DNA of 14,518 nt from Thermoplasmata archaeon (GTDB lineage: Archaea > Thermoplasmatota > Thermoplasmata > GCA-020350865): assembly GCA_020348445.1 (NCBI GenBank), contig CP070751.1:1271048-1285565 (forward strand). The letters run 5' to 3'. Below the pieces are notes generated by a model. That model had not been told where the DNA came from. It saw only the letters and a program-made list of their open reading frames with translations, and did no database searches. The position numbers were made by a program, and so were the translations under genes. Shown here one piece after another: positions 1-8,890 of this stretch. The stretch's first letter is position 1; each line of letters opens with the position of its first letter.

Positions 1-1
1 T

Positions 2-3000
2 GCATATGCAGGCCCTGATAGAATAAAAAATGTTTACGAGTACATAAATTTCGACGGTTCACTTTCAACCGATTTAGATGGTTCCATTGTGTACTATGAA
101 TGGGATATGGGCAATGGGTTTGTCCTTTATTGGGAGAGCTTCTCTTATGTTTATACAAAAGAAGGATTCTACTATGTGAACTTGACTGTTATGGATGATG
201 ACGGCAGTTATGATAACGACACTGTTCTAGTTGTTATAGGAAATAAAGTGCCAATCGCAAACGCTGGGCCAGATAGAGTAAAGAATGTAAATAAGTCAAT
301 GTATTTTGATGGCATTCTTTCCTATGACATTGATGGGTTTGTAGTAAATTATACCTGGGAACTTGGTGATGGATCTCCTGTAAAATACGGTAGAAACATT
401 ACCCATACCTATTCATCGGAAGGTGTTTATTATGTGAATCTAACGGTTCGGGATGATGATGGGTATTTGAACAACGACACGTGCATAGTGGTTATTGGAA
501 ATAAGGCACCAGTAGCCAATGCGGGGACAGACAGATATGTCCATAAGAACACAACCATTACCCTAAATGGCAGCTTATCTTGTGATATTGATGGCATAAT
601 TTCCACATACGAGTGGAATTTGGGCGATGGAAATTTAACCTCAGGCCTGGAAATCAACCACTCATACCTAAACGATGGTGTATATTATGTCACTCTAAAG
701 GTAACCGATGATGATGGGGCTTTTGATGAGGATATAATAATAGTGGTTGTGGGTAATCGTCCACCAAATGCATATGGCGGTATAGACAGATATGCTCACA
801 AGAACGAGGTAATAACATTTAACGCTAGTCTTTCATTTGATATTGATGGTGCTATTGCTACATATGAATGGGATATGGGCGATGGAACGCAAAAAAGTGG
901 TGAGGAGATAACCCATTCATATTCCAATGACGGTGTGTATTATGTCAACCTGACCGTTACAGATAATGACGGTGTTTCAAATACTGATACAGCTATTGTA
1001 ATCGTGGGCAATCGGGCACCTGAAGCTAATGCTGGTACTGATATATATGCCCATCAGGACTCAACTATAGAATTTAACGCTTCATTTTCCTTTGACATCG
1101 ATGGAACTATTACTAATTATACCTGGGATTTTGGTGATGACAACGAAGGGTACGGAGAAATTGTAAATCATTCATATCCAACGGATGGAGTATACCATGT
1201 AAATCTTACAGTAACTGATAACGACGGGGCCACTGATATAGACATGGTGATCGTGATCGTTGATAATAGGCCGCCTTATGCCTATGCAGGGATTGATAAA
1301 TATGCTCATAGTGGCTCTTCAATATTATTTAACGGAAGCTTATCCTACGATATAGATGGAACAATTAACAATTGGACATGGGAAATGGGAGATGGCAACA
1401 CCAAATATGGCGAAGAAATATATCACTCATATACAAGTAATGGCGTCTATTATGTGAACTTAACCGTATCAGATGATGATAGCTCGACAGATGAGGACAC
1501 AATGATTGTCGTTGTTGGCAATCAAATCCCACATGCAAATGCAGGTTTAGATTACTATTCTCATGTTGGGACATCCGTACATTTTGATGGCAGTCTGTCA
1601 TTAGATGTTGATGGATCGATTACTAATTGGACATGGGATATGGGTGATGGCGTAACTTTACTTTATGGGGAGGAAGTATACCATGCATATGTTACCGAAG
1701 GAGTATATTATGTAAATTTAACTGTCAAAGATAATGACGGCTCCGCAGATTCAGATAGTGCAATCGTTGTCGTGGGTAATAAAGCTCCATATGCATATGC
1801 AGGCCCTGATAAATACGCCCATCCGGATACCTGGATATCGTTTAATGGCTCGCTATCCTACGATTTAGATGGCGAAATTGTGGATTGGTATTGGGACTTC
1901 GGTGATGGGAATTCATCCAATAGCGAAAACGTTTCTTATTTGTTCCCAGGGGAGGGTGTTTATAATGTGACCTTAACGGTAACAGACAACAATGGAACAA
2001 ATGATTCTGACATTTGCGTAGTAATTATAGATTATGATTTTCCATATCCAGATGGGGAGGAATATTCACCTGATAGGGTTCTACAGGTTAATCTAGAAGT
2101 TGAATTTAGTGGTTATGGCCTTCATGACATAGATCAGGAATTTAATTACACCTGGGAGTTTGGTGATGGCGGAACAAGGTATGGTGTCAATGTTACCTAT
2201 TCTTTCAGCAACGACGGAGGGTTTAACGTAACTCTCAATGCAACTTTTGAAAATGGTAGCTTTTATCTGCATTACTATAAAGTTGCGGTGTATAACAAAG
2301 AGCCGAAGGCTATTGCGGGAACAGATAAAATCGGAAAAATAGAGGAGAGGGTTATATTTGATGGATTATATTCCTATGATATTGATGGATTTATTGTGTC
2401 GTATCTGTGGGACTTTGGCGATGGGACTACATCAACAAAACCATTTGCAGTTCACAGATATAGCCAGGATGGTTTGTACAATGTAACACTTACGGTCGAA
2501 GATGATCAGGGCGCTATAGATAAAGACAGATGTGTGGTAATAATTTACAATAGGATTCCAGTAGCAGTTGCTGGAATCGATAAAGGTGCTCATTTAAATG
2601 ATCCTATTCTATTCAGTGGAGGCGCTTCATATGATCTCGATGGTCAAATCATCAATTATACTTGGGATTTAGGAGACGGAAACACAAGATTTGGAGCTGT
2701 TATTACCCACACTTACACCTCAGAAGGACTTTATAATGTGATTCTGACAGTGAAGGACGAGAACGGATTTATAGACAGGGATATCGCGCTTATAGCTGTT
2801 TATAACCGAAATCCCGAAGCTGTCGCAGGCCTGGATAAGGCCTCTCATCCAAACGATTTGATCCTATTTAATGGAATGGCATCATTCGATTGGGATGGTT
2901 GTGTTATAAATTACACTTGGGATTTCGGTGATGGACATGTAGGTTATGGCAGCAATGTGTTCCACAATTACACTGATTATGATCTCTATAAGGTTGTTCT

Positions 3001-5676
3001 GACTGTAAGGGATAACGATGGTTATACTGACAATGATACTTGCTTAGTAGCAATATATAACAGAGAGCCTGTTGCAGCGGCTGGCACAGATCGAATAGGC
3101 CATCCTAATGACCCAATTTTATTTGTTGGTTCCACTTCGTTCGATCTAGATGGTAGTATTATCAATTATACTTGGGACTTTGATGACGGAACGTTAGGAT
3201 ATGGAGCTATCGCTAGCCACAGCTTTGCCTCATCACGAATATACAATGTTGTTCTTACAGTTAAAGATGAAAACGGATTTGTGGACAGGGATATAATCAG
3301 AGTTTCTGTGTACAATAGAAATCCAGTAGCTATTGCAGGTTCAGATAGAATCTCGCATCCTTATGAGGAGGTTTGTTTTGTTGGCACGATATCATATGAT
3401 CTGGATGGAAACATAATAAACTACACGTGGGACTTTGGTGATGGTGATATTGGATACGGCGAATTTGTGTCGCATGTTTACATTGATAGCGGACTATACA
3501 ATGTAACCTTAACTGTAAGGGATGAAGACGGATTCATCGATAATGATACATGCGCTGTCTTTGTTTATAATAGAGAGCCGATTGCGATGGCAGGACTAGA
3601 TAAAATTTCACATCCGAATGAAGTAATAATTTTCGATGGTAAGGCTTCTTTCGATATTGATGGCTATATAGTGAACTACACTTGGGATTTAGATGATGGT
3701 TCAGTCAAATATGGAGAAAATATAGTTCATTCATATTCAACCGATGGAGTCTATAATGTTGTTTTGACTGTAAGAGATGAAGACGGTGCTGAAGATAGAG
3801 ATATTGTCATTGTTGCTGTTTACAATAGAAATCCATGTTCATATGCCGGAATAGACCGCTATTCGCATATAGATGATACAGTGTTATTTGATGGTTCCTG
3901 CTCTGTTGATTTAGATGGTAACATTGTCAGTTATTATTGGGAATTTGGTGATGGAACTACCGGAGAAGGAGTAATGATAAATCATACCTATACTGAAGTG
4001 GGAGTCTATAACGTCAATCTGACAGTCACAGATGAAGATGGTGCTACAGATACTGATGTCTGTATTGTTGCCATCGGAAACAGGGCACCGACATCGATTA
4101 TCATAGGGGAACACTTCACCAATGTAAATGTCACTGTGGAATTCAATGGGACTTTGAGCTTCGATCCTGATGGCGATACAATTTCTTATTACTGGGAGTT
4201 TGGTGATGGAACAACAACTTCTGGTAATTCAATAGTTAATCACTCGTATTCCGAAGTTGGCACATATTATGTAAATTTAACTGTAACTGACGAATATGGA
4301 GTTTCAGATGAAGCCCAATGGATAATTATTGTAGTAAATGCCAAACCTGTAGCGAATGCTGGATGTGATCAGATAGCAGATATCAATGACACCGTTTATT
4401 TCAACGGCTCTCTATCATATGATTTGGATGGTGATCCAATAACGTATTTCTGGGATTTCGGGGATGGATCGACAGGAACCGGGGCAAACCCAACACATTC
4501 GTATTCAAATGCAGGTGTGTATTATGTCATATTGACAGTCACAGATGATAAAGGAGCATTTGATGTCAATATAATGATCGTGGCTGTGAGGAACATGATA
4601 CCTCTGGCTGTGGGATATGCAACTAACCCAGTAATCGATATTGCTGATACAATGAACTTTGTGGGATCATATTCGATTGACTTTGATAATGATACGCTGT
4701 CTTATCACTGGAACTTTGGAGATGGAAATAGCTCAACCGATGCAAATACCACACATACATATGGCCAAAAAGGAACCTTTACTGTAATATTAACAGTCAC
4801 AGATTCCGATGGAGGCACTGATACCGATCAATTCGTAGTTATCGTAAGAAACATCTTACCCAATGCCTGGGCAGGTATCCAAAGGAACGAAGATGTGAAT
4901 ACCACATTCAATTTCATTGGTTCAGTTTCCGATTTGGATGGTGATACAGTTAGCTATACTTGGGACTTTGGTGATGGAACGACATTTTCAAATCAAACGC
5001 CATTGTCTAGTTATAATGCCACTGTTGAAATTGAACATCTTTATTATGTTAAAGGTGCTTATACCGTGAAGTTAACGGCTATAGACGAAGATGGCGCATA
5101 TGCGGAAGACAGCGTCCTAGTTATTATAAAAGATGCGGGACCTTTTGCCGATGCTGGTCCCGACCAGAGTAAAAACACATCAGATGTGGTGGTGTTCGAT
5201 GGTTCAGGCTCTCAAGACGAGTATGGTGTAATAGTATATTACCAATGGAACTTTGGGGATATCTCACCACCTGGTTTCGGAAAAACAGCAACCCACAGCT
5301 ATCATAATAAAGGCGTTAAAGAATATGTTGCTACCTTAACAATAATGGACAACCAGGGCAATACCGCTTCTGATACGACTAACTTGACTATTAGCAACGG
5401 TAAACCTGTAGCAAATGCCGGTTCCGATAAAATAGTCGAGAGGGGCACTTTGGTCAAATTCGATGCTCATCTCTCGGATGATGATGGTGTTATTGTAAGC
5501 TATAGATGGGATTTCGGGGATGGAATGATTGCAATTAGCCCGCAACCCTACTGGTATCATATATACACATCTCTGAGATCTCCCACAACTCCGGTAACTT
5601 ATGTGGTAAATCTTACTGTCACCGACAATGATGGCGAGACAGATAATGATTACATTTATGTCATCGTATTGGCAAA
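2..5676 (+). repeat. Tandem array of 22 PKD (Ig-like) domains, about 85 aa / 255 nt each
   Basis: Counted by hand. Each unit is N-x-x-P-x-A-x-AG-x-D...F-D/N-G-S-x-S-x-D-x-D-G...Y/W-x-W-D/E-F-G-D-G...H-x-Y...G-x-Y-x-V-x-L-T-V-x-D-x-D-G. Unit 9 (about 2042-2299) is degenerate. Confidence 0.93.
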
Positions 5677-8431
5677 TGACGAAGATTTGGATGGTGATGG
5701 CTTACCAGATGAATGGGAAGAGAACTGGAGCGATCCATTAAATCTTACAAAGTCCATTGCAGATTCCCTAAAAGACCCTGATTCCGATGATTTAACAAAC
5801 CTCGAAGAGCTTTTGCATTTTACGAATCCGTTAGTCCCAGACACCGATGCTGACGGTCTGCCCGATGGCTGGGAGGTTCATAACGATCTTGACCCGCAGG
5901 ACAATGGTGAGAATCCTATAAGACCTCTTGATAAGAACAGGAGACCGGAAGTTATCAATGGTCATGATGGCGATCCCGATGAGGATGGGATGATCAACTT
6001 CTTCGAGTTCAATCATTTGTACACCTATAATGAGACAAATGGATCGTTCCCTGAGTTCTACTTTGCCCACAACAGCGATAATGATAACGACACCGATCCC
6101 TGGGATCGCGATACAGACGGAGACTATATGCCTGATTATTATGAGGTTCTAAACTACCTAGATCCAACAGATTCAACAGGAAGAGAGGGTGCAGAGGGTG
6201 ACGCTGACTTTGATTATCTGTCTAATCGTCGAGAGTATGTGTGGGAGCTGCACCCTTCGCATTCAATCGATTTGGTCGATTTCAATGGTGGTCCGTACCA
6301 ACATGATTTCTTCCCGTATGCACATGACTGGGATATGGACGGTATGTTTGATGGCTTTGAAGTGTACGCGCATTTTAAACCAATGGATAATGGCACATTA
6401 TACCCCGAGCTAGGTCCAAATGGCAATCCCGATGGGGACGGCTTTGATGAGGATTTCAACGGAATTATTGAGGGGGAAGAGAATTTAACGAACCTTGAAG
6501 AGTTCCTAATATTTCATGATAATGGAACTAATGAATGGTATGTAGGACCTCCATTGGGAGATAGCTGGTATGTTAATGACATAAAGATGGATCCAACGAG
6601 GGCTGATACCGATAATGACGATTTACCAGACGGCTGGGAGGCATATTTCTATAAACCATTTGCCATCGATCCAACGAGTTTGGATTCTGATGGGGATTTA
6701 ACACCAGATAAGCACGAAGATTCGGATTGGGATAGTTATCCAGTTGGAACAAAAAATATATTAACTAACTGGAAGGAGTATGCTATAGAAATGGAAAGTT
6801 CAGGTCAGTTTAGTCATGTATATCATATGAGTCCAATTTCATATGACAGTGACAATGATGGCATGTGGGATGGTTGGGAGCGGTATTGGGAATTGGATCC
6901 AACAAATGCCTCGGATGCTGAATTAGACGAAGATGATGACGGCTTTCTAGGCGATCCATTCACAAATCTTGAGGAGTTTTTAAATAGGTCATATCCAAGA
7001 GTTTTGAGCAAGTTGGGGATTGATATTGATATTGATATGGCAAGGGATACCGACAGTGATAGAATCAATGATGGACAAGAAGCTCAATATTATGGAACAA
7101 GTCCGAGCTCTAATGATACAGATTCGGATAAATTATCGGACTATGACGAAATTCATGGGATTCTTATGGTCAAGCAATATAATGAAGTAAATAATAATCA
7201 AGTGATAGAAACTATAACAGTTTTTCCGAATCCCTTACATCCAGATTCAGACAATGACACCTTTACCGATGGTATGGAGGTTTTGGGCCGTGAGGTGAAA
7301 GTCTTCTGGGAAGATAAAGAGACTGAGAAGATTTTAAATCAGACTTTAACTATTCGTACACATCCTTTTGATGATGAAAGAGAAAATATGGACACCGATT
7401 GGGATCAAATCGATGATTTAACAGAGAATGAAAATGCAGAAATGGATTCGAGACAGTACAACCCATATTTGAAAGAAAACATTCCGACAAACATCATCTA
7501 TCTGGATGTTGATAAGGAAGGATGCATTGCCAAGGAGGTAAGGATTGCATTCATTTTAGAGGATCCTGCTCCTATCGATTGGGTGAAGGTCACTCTCCAC
7601 GGTAAAGCTGAGATTGAACTGCCAGGGGACAATAAAATAACAATAGAATTTGTAACCGAGGAGGAAAAAATTGAGGATCCGAAAAGCGGTGTCTTGGTCG
7701 AAAAGAAGTTCACTTTCTGGAATCTAATAGATGATTTCGCAGCAATCAAATGGACAGTAAATATCGAAGTCAAGGATGTAAATAGCAATACTTATAACAA
7801 AGAAATATCGTTAACAACAACAATTTGGGAACAAATCAAGGCATTCTTTGAGAAAGCTTGGGAAGTATTTCATCAGATGTTCGATTTCTTTAAAAATTGG
7901 GTGCTTGATAGGATAAAGGATGGGTTGAGGCCGATTATTGTTGGGATTAAATCTACTGATTATTCGAATATTCTTTCGAACGAAGGTATAAATGATATAA
8001 TAGAAGAGATAGAAAAAGGATCAATATCAAGTGAAAATATAGTTAACATTATATATTCTTTTGATATATCAATTGTAATTAGTATATTACTCACAGGAAC
8101 GATAATTCAAGTTTATGGATTAGGAGTTATCGGGATCATGTTATTTGCTATACCATTTATAGCAACAATGATCATTTCTACAACAGACATAGAAGCGGCT
8201 ACAGAAGATGCCGTAAGAGATGTTGGAGGTACAAATTGGGTATTGGTAAGTGTTGGGATATATGTGCTGGTTTTATTCAGCTTGTTAATTGCAGCAATAT
8301 ATTGTGCTATGATATCAACAGGAGCAGGGTTTGCGGGATTCTTAAGTTTTATATTCTCAGATGCTGGTCTCGCATTGGGTTTAGGTATGCTTGTAGGTAT
8401 AATATGCATAGGGTATGGATTACAGTCGTAA
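2..8431 (+). CDS. Giant cell-surface/secreted protein (5' partial, >2800 aa): 22 PKD domains, TSP3-like Ca-binding repeats, beta domain, amphipathic helix, hydrophobic C-terminus
   Basis: The frame is open from base 2 (AYAGPDRIKNVYEYINFDGSLSTDLDGSIVYYEWDMG...), so the track's GTG at 89 is internal and the true start lies upstream of the window. Repeated WDFGDG-type PKD motifs, DxDxDG motifs, stop TAA at 8429-8431. Confidence 0.95.
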   Translation, partial: AYAGPDRIKNVYEYINFDGSLSTDLDGSIVYYEWDMGNGFVLYWESFSYVYTKEGFYYVNLTVMDDDGSYDNDTVLVVIGNKVPIANAGPDRVKNVNKSMYFDGILSYDIDGFVVNYTWELGDGSPVKYGRNITHTYSSEGVYYVNLTVRDDDGYLNNDTCIVVIGNKAPVANAGTDRYVHKNTTITLNGSLSCDIDGIISTYEWNLGDGNLTSGLEINHSYLNDGVYYVTLKVTDDDGAFDEDIIIVVVGNRPPNAYGGIDRYAHKNEVITFNASLSFDIDGAIATYEWDMGDGTQKSGEEITHSYSNDGVYYVNLTVTDNDGVSNTDTAIVIVGNRAPEANAGTDIYAHQDSTIEFNASFSFDIDGTITNYTWDFGDDNEGYGEIVNHSYPTDGVYHVNLTVTDNDGATDIDMVIVIVDNRPPYAYAGIDKYAHSGSSILFNGSLSYDIDGTINNWTWEMGDGNTKYGEEIYHSYTSNGVYYVNLTVSDDDSSTDEDTMIVVVGNQIPHANAGLDYYSHVGTSVHFDGSLSLDVDGSITNWTWDMGDGVTLLYGEEVYHAYVTEGVYYVNLTVKDNDGSADSDSAIVVVGNKAPYAYAGPDKYAHPDTWISFNGSLSYDLDGEIVDWYWDFGDGNSSNSENVSYLFPGEGVYNVTLTVTDNNGTNDSDICVVIIDYDFPYPDGEEYSPDRVLQVNLEVEFSGYGLHDIDQEFNYTWEFGDGGTRYGVNVTYSFSNDGGFNVTLNATFENGSFYLHYYKVAVYNKEPKAIAGTDKIGKIEERVIFDGLYSYDIDGFIVSYLWDFGDGTTSTKPFAVHRYSQDGLYNVTLTVEDDQGAIDKDRCVVIIYNRIPVAVAGIDKGAHLNDPILFSGGASYDLDGQIINYTWDLGDGNTRFGAVITHTYTSEGLYNVILTVKDENGFIDRDIALIAVYNRNPEAVAGLDKASHPNDLILFNGMASFDWDGCVINYTWDFGDGHVGYGSNVFHNYTDYDLYKVVLTVRDNDGYTDNDTCLVAIYNREPVAAAGTDRIGHPNDPILFVGSTSFDLDGSIINYTWDFDDGTLGYGAIASHSFASSRIYNVVLTVKDENGFVDRDIIRVSVYNRNPVAIAGSDRISHPYEEVCFVGTISYDLDGNIINYTWDFGDGDIGYGEFVSHVYIDSGLYNVTLTVRDEDGFIDNDTCAVFVYNREPIAMAGLDKISHPNEVIIFDGKASFDIDGYIVNYTWDLDDGSVKYGENIVHSYSTDGVYNVVLTVRDEDGAEDRDIVIVAVYNRNPCSYAGIDRYSHIDDTVLFDGSCSVDLDGNIVSYYWEFGDGTTGEGVMINHTYTEVGVYNVNLTVTDEDGATDTDVCIVAIGNRAPTSIIIGEHFTNVNVTVEFNGTLSFDPDGDTISYYWEFGDGTTTSGNSIVNHSYSEVGTYYVNLTVTDEYGVSDEAQWIIIVVNAKPVANAGCDQIADINDTVYFNGSLSYDLDGDPITYFWDFGDGSTGTGANPTHSYSNAGVYYVILTVTDDKGAFDVNIMIVAVRNMIPLAVGYATNPVIDIADTMNFVGSYSIDFDNDTLSYHWNFGDGNSSTDANTTHTYGQKGTFTVILTVTDSDGGTDTDQFVVIVRNILPNAWAGIQRNEDVNTTFNFIGSVSDLDGDTVSYTWDFGDGTTFSNQTPLSSYNATVEIEHLYYVKGAYTVKLTAIDEDGAYAEDSVLVIIKDAGPFADAGPDQSKNTSDVVVFDGSGSQDEYGVIVYYQWNFGDISPPGFGKTATHSYHNKGVKEYVATLTIMDNQGNTASDTTNLTISNGKPVANAGSDKIVERGTLVKFDAHLSDDDGVIVSYRWDFGDGMIAISPQPYWYHIYTSLRSPTTPVTYVVNLTVTDNDGETDNDYIYVIVLANDEDLDGDGLPDEWEENWSDPLNLTKSIADSLKDPDSDDLTNLEELLHFTNPLVPDTDADGLPDGWEVHNDLDPQDNGENPIRPLDKNRRPEVINGHDGDPDEDGMINFFEFNHLYTYNETNGSFPEFYFAHNSDNDNDTDPWDRDTDGDYMPDYYEVLNYLDPTDSTGREGAEGDADFDYLSNRREYVWELHPSHSIDLVDFNGGPYQHDFFPYAHDWDMDGMFDGFEVYAHFKPMDNGTLYPELGPNGNPDGDGFDEDFNGIIEGEENLTNLEEFLIFHDNGTNEWYVGPPLGDSWYVNDIKMDPTRADTDNDDLPDGWEAYFYKPFAIDPTSLDSDGDLTPDKHEDSDWDSYPVGTKNILTNWKEYAIEMESSGQFSHVYHMSPISYDSDNDGMWDGWERYWELDPTNASDAELDEDDDGFLGDPFTNLEEFLNRSYPRVLSKLGIDIDIDMARDTDSDRINDGQEAQYYGTSPSSNDTDSDKLSDYDEIHGILMVKQYNEVNNNQVIETITVFPNPLHPDSDNDTFTDGMEVLGREVKVFWEDKETEKILNQTLTIRTHPFDDERENMDTDWDQIDDLTENENAEMDSRQYNPYLKENIPTNIIYLDVDKEGCIAKEVRIAFILEDPAPIDWVKVTLHGKAEIELPGDNKITIEFVTEEEKIEDPKSGVLVEKKFTFWNLIDDFAAIKWTVNIEVKDVNSNTYNKEISLTTTIWEQIKAFFEKAWEVFHQMFDFFKNWVLDRIKDGLRPIIVGIKSTDYSNILSNEGINDIIEEIEKGSISSENIVNIIYSFDISIVISILLTGTIIQVYGLGVIGIMLFAIPFIATMIISTTDIEAATEDAVRDVGGTNWVLVSVGIYVLVLFSLLIAAIYCAMISTGAGFAGFLSFIFSDAGLALGLGMLVGIICIGYGLQS
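5684..7426 (+). repeat. About 16 acidic DxDxD(G) Ca-binding repeats (bacterial/archaeal thrombospondin type-3-like)
   Basis: DLDGDGLPDEWE, DPDSDDLTNLEE, DTDADGLPDGWE, DPDEDGMINFFE, DTDGDYMPDYYE, DADFDYLSNRRE, DWDMDGMFDGFE, DTDNDDLPDGWE, DSDNDGMWDGWE, DTDSDRINDGQE, DTDSDKLSDYDE, DSDNDTFTDGME, DTDWDQIDDLTE and others. Confidence 0.88.
7823..8428 (+). other. C-terminal membrane-interacting region of the giant protein: amphipathic helix plus 4-5 hydrophobic segments
   Basis: IWEQIKAFFEKAWEVFHQMFDFFKNWVLDRIKDGL, followed by long Ile/Leu/Gly/Ala stretches running to the stop codon. Confidence 0.75.
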
Positions 8432-8455
8432 GAGAAGTATGAATGAAAAACTAAC

Positions 8456-8463
8456 GGAGGTGA
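8456..8463 (+). promoter_or_regulatory. Shine-Dalgarno GGAGGTGA
   Basis: Full 8-nt match to the archaeal-type anti-SD (UCACCUCC), 5 nt upstream of an in-frame TTG at 8469. Confidence 0.75.
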
Positions 8464-8468
8464 TGCGT

Positions 8469-8798
8469 TTGGACACTTTCATAATTCTATTAGATGTTAT
8501 ATCTATAATATTTTGTTCATTTATGTTTATTCGGTTAATATTTAGAGGAGATAAATCAGCAAAAAGAATAGCTGAGACGATTCCCCCAGAAAGAAGTTAT
8601 AAGTGGAGTATAGTCATAAAAATAAATTTAATAGGTGCTATATCCTTTTTTATATTAAGTTTGATTTTAATATTTTTTGAGATAACAATAGTTCCTATTC
8701 TTTTGAGTTTATCTTTAATGTCGGTTGGGATGTATCATCACTCTAAATTGGTAATGAAGTATATAGGTTTATCAAAGAAGAAATCCCTTAAATTTTAA
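8469..8798 (+). CDS. Small basic membrane protein (about 109 aa, about 3 TM helices), hypothetical; candidate immunity/partner of the giant protein
   Basis: ORF from the track (8415..8798). Start reassigned to TTG 8469 because of the SD; alternatives are ATG 8439 or 8463. Hydrophobic segments FIILLDVISIIFCSFMFIRLIF, IVIKINLIGAISFFILSLILIFF and IVPILLSLSLMSVGMY, with a basic tail SKKKSLKF. Confidence 0.8.
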   Translation: MDTFIILLDVISIIFCSFMFIRLIFRGDKSAKRIAETIPPERSYKWSIVIKINLIGAISFFILSLILIFFEITIVPILLSLSLMSVGMYHHSKLVMKYIGLSKKKSLKF

Positions 8799-8890
8799 AT
8801 GAGAATATGAAAAAGCTCAATCGAAAAATAAATGTTATGAACTATATAATTCATCCTCTCAATGGATTATTCGGCCAGACTTCTATCAGA

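Noticed and set aside
89-91. GTG start of the 2780-aa ORF
   Set aside because: The frame is open to the window edge and the GTG lies inside a PKD unit with no signal peptide, so the gene is 5' partial.
2-5676. Regular 255-nt periodicity as a CRISPR array or DNA repeat element
   Set aside because: The units are diverged protein-coding domains in one frame, with no identical repeat-spacer structure and no cas genes.
7021-7038. (TGATAT)3 microsatellite
   Set aside because: In-frame hexamer with only three copies (IDIDID); slippage would not shift the frame, so there is no phase-variation signal.
430-7788. Short minus-strand ORFs and the + strand ORF 6189-6413 within the giant gene
   Set aside because: Shadow frames of a strongly patterned coding sequence, with no recognisable motifs or RBS.
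7430-7830. Self-cleaving module (Hint/intein or Rhs DPxG site) before the tip
   Set aside because: No such motif is visible, so any release mechanism is unsupported.
8113-8442. ORFs 8113-8409 (-) and 8236-8442 (+)
   Set aside because: They overlap the hydrophobic C-terminus of the giant gene in other frames and have no independent support.
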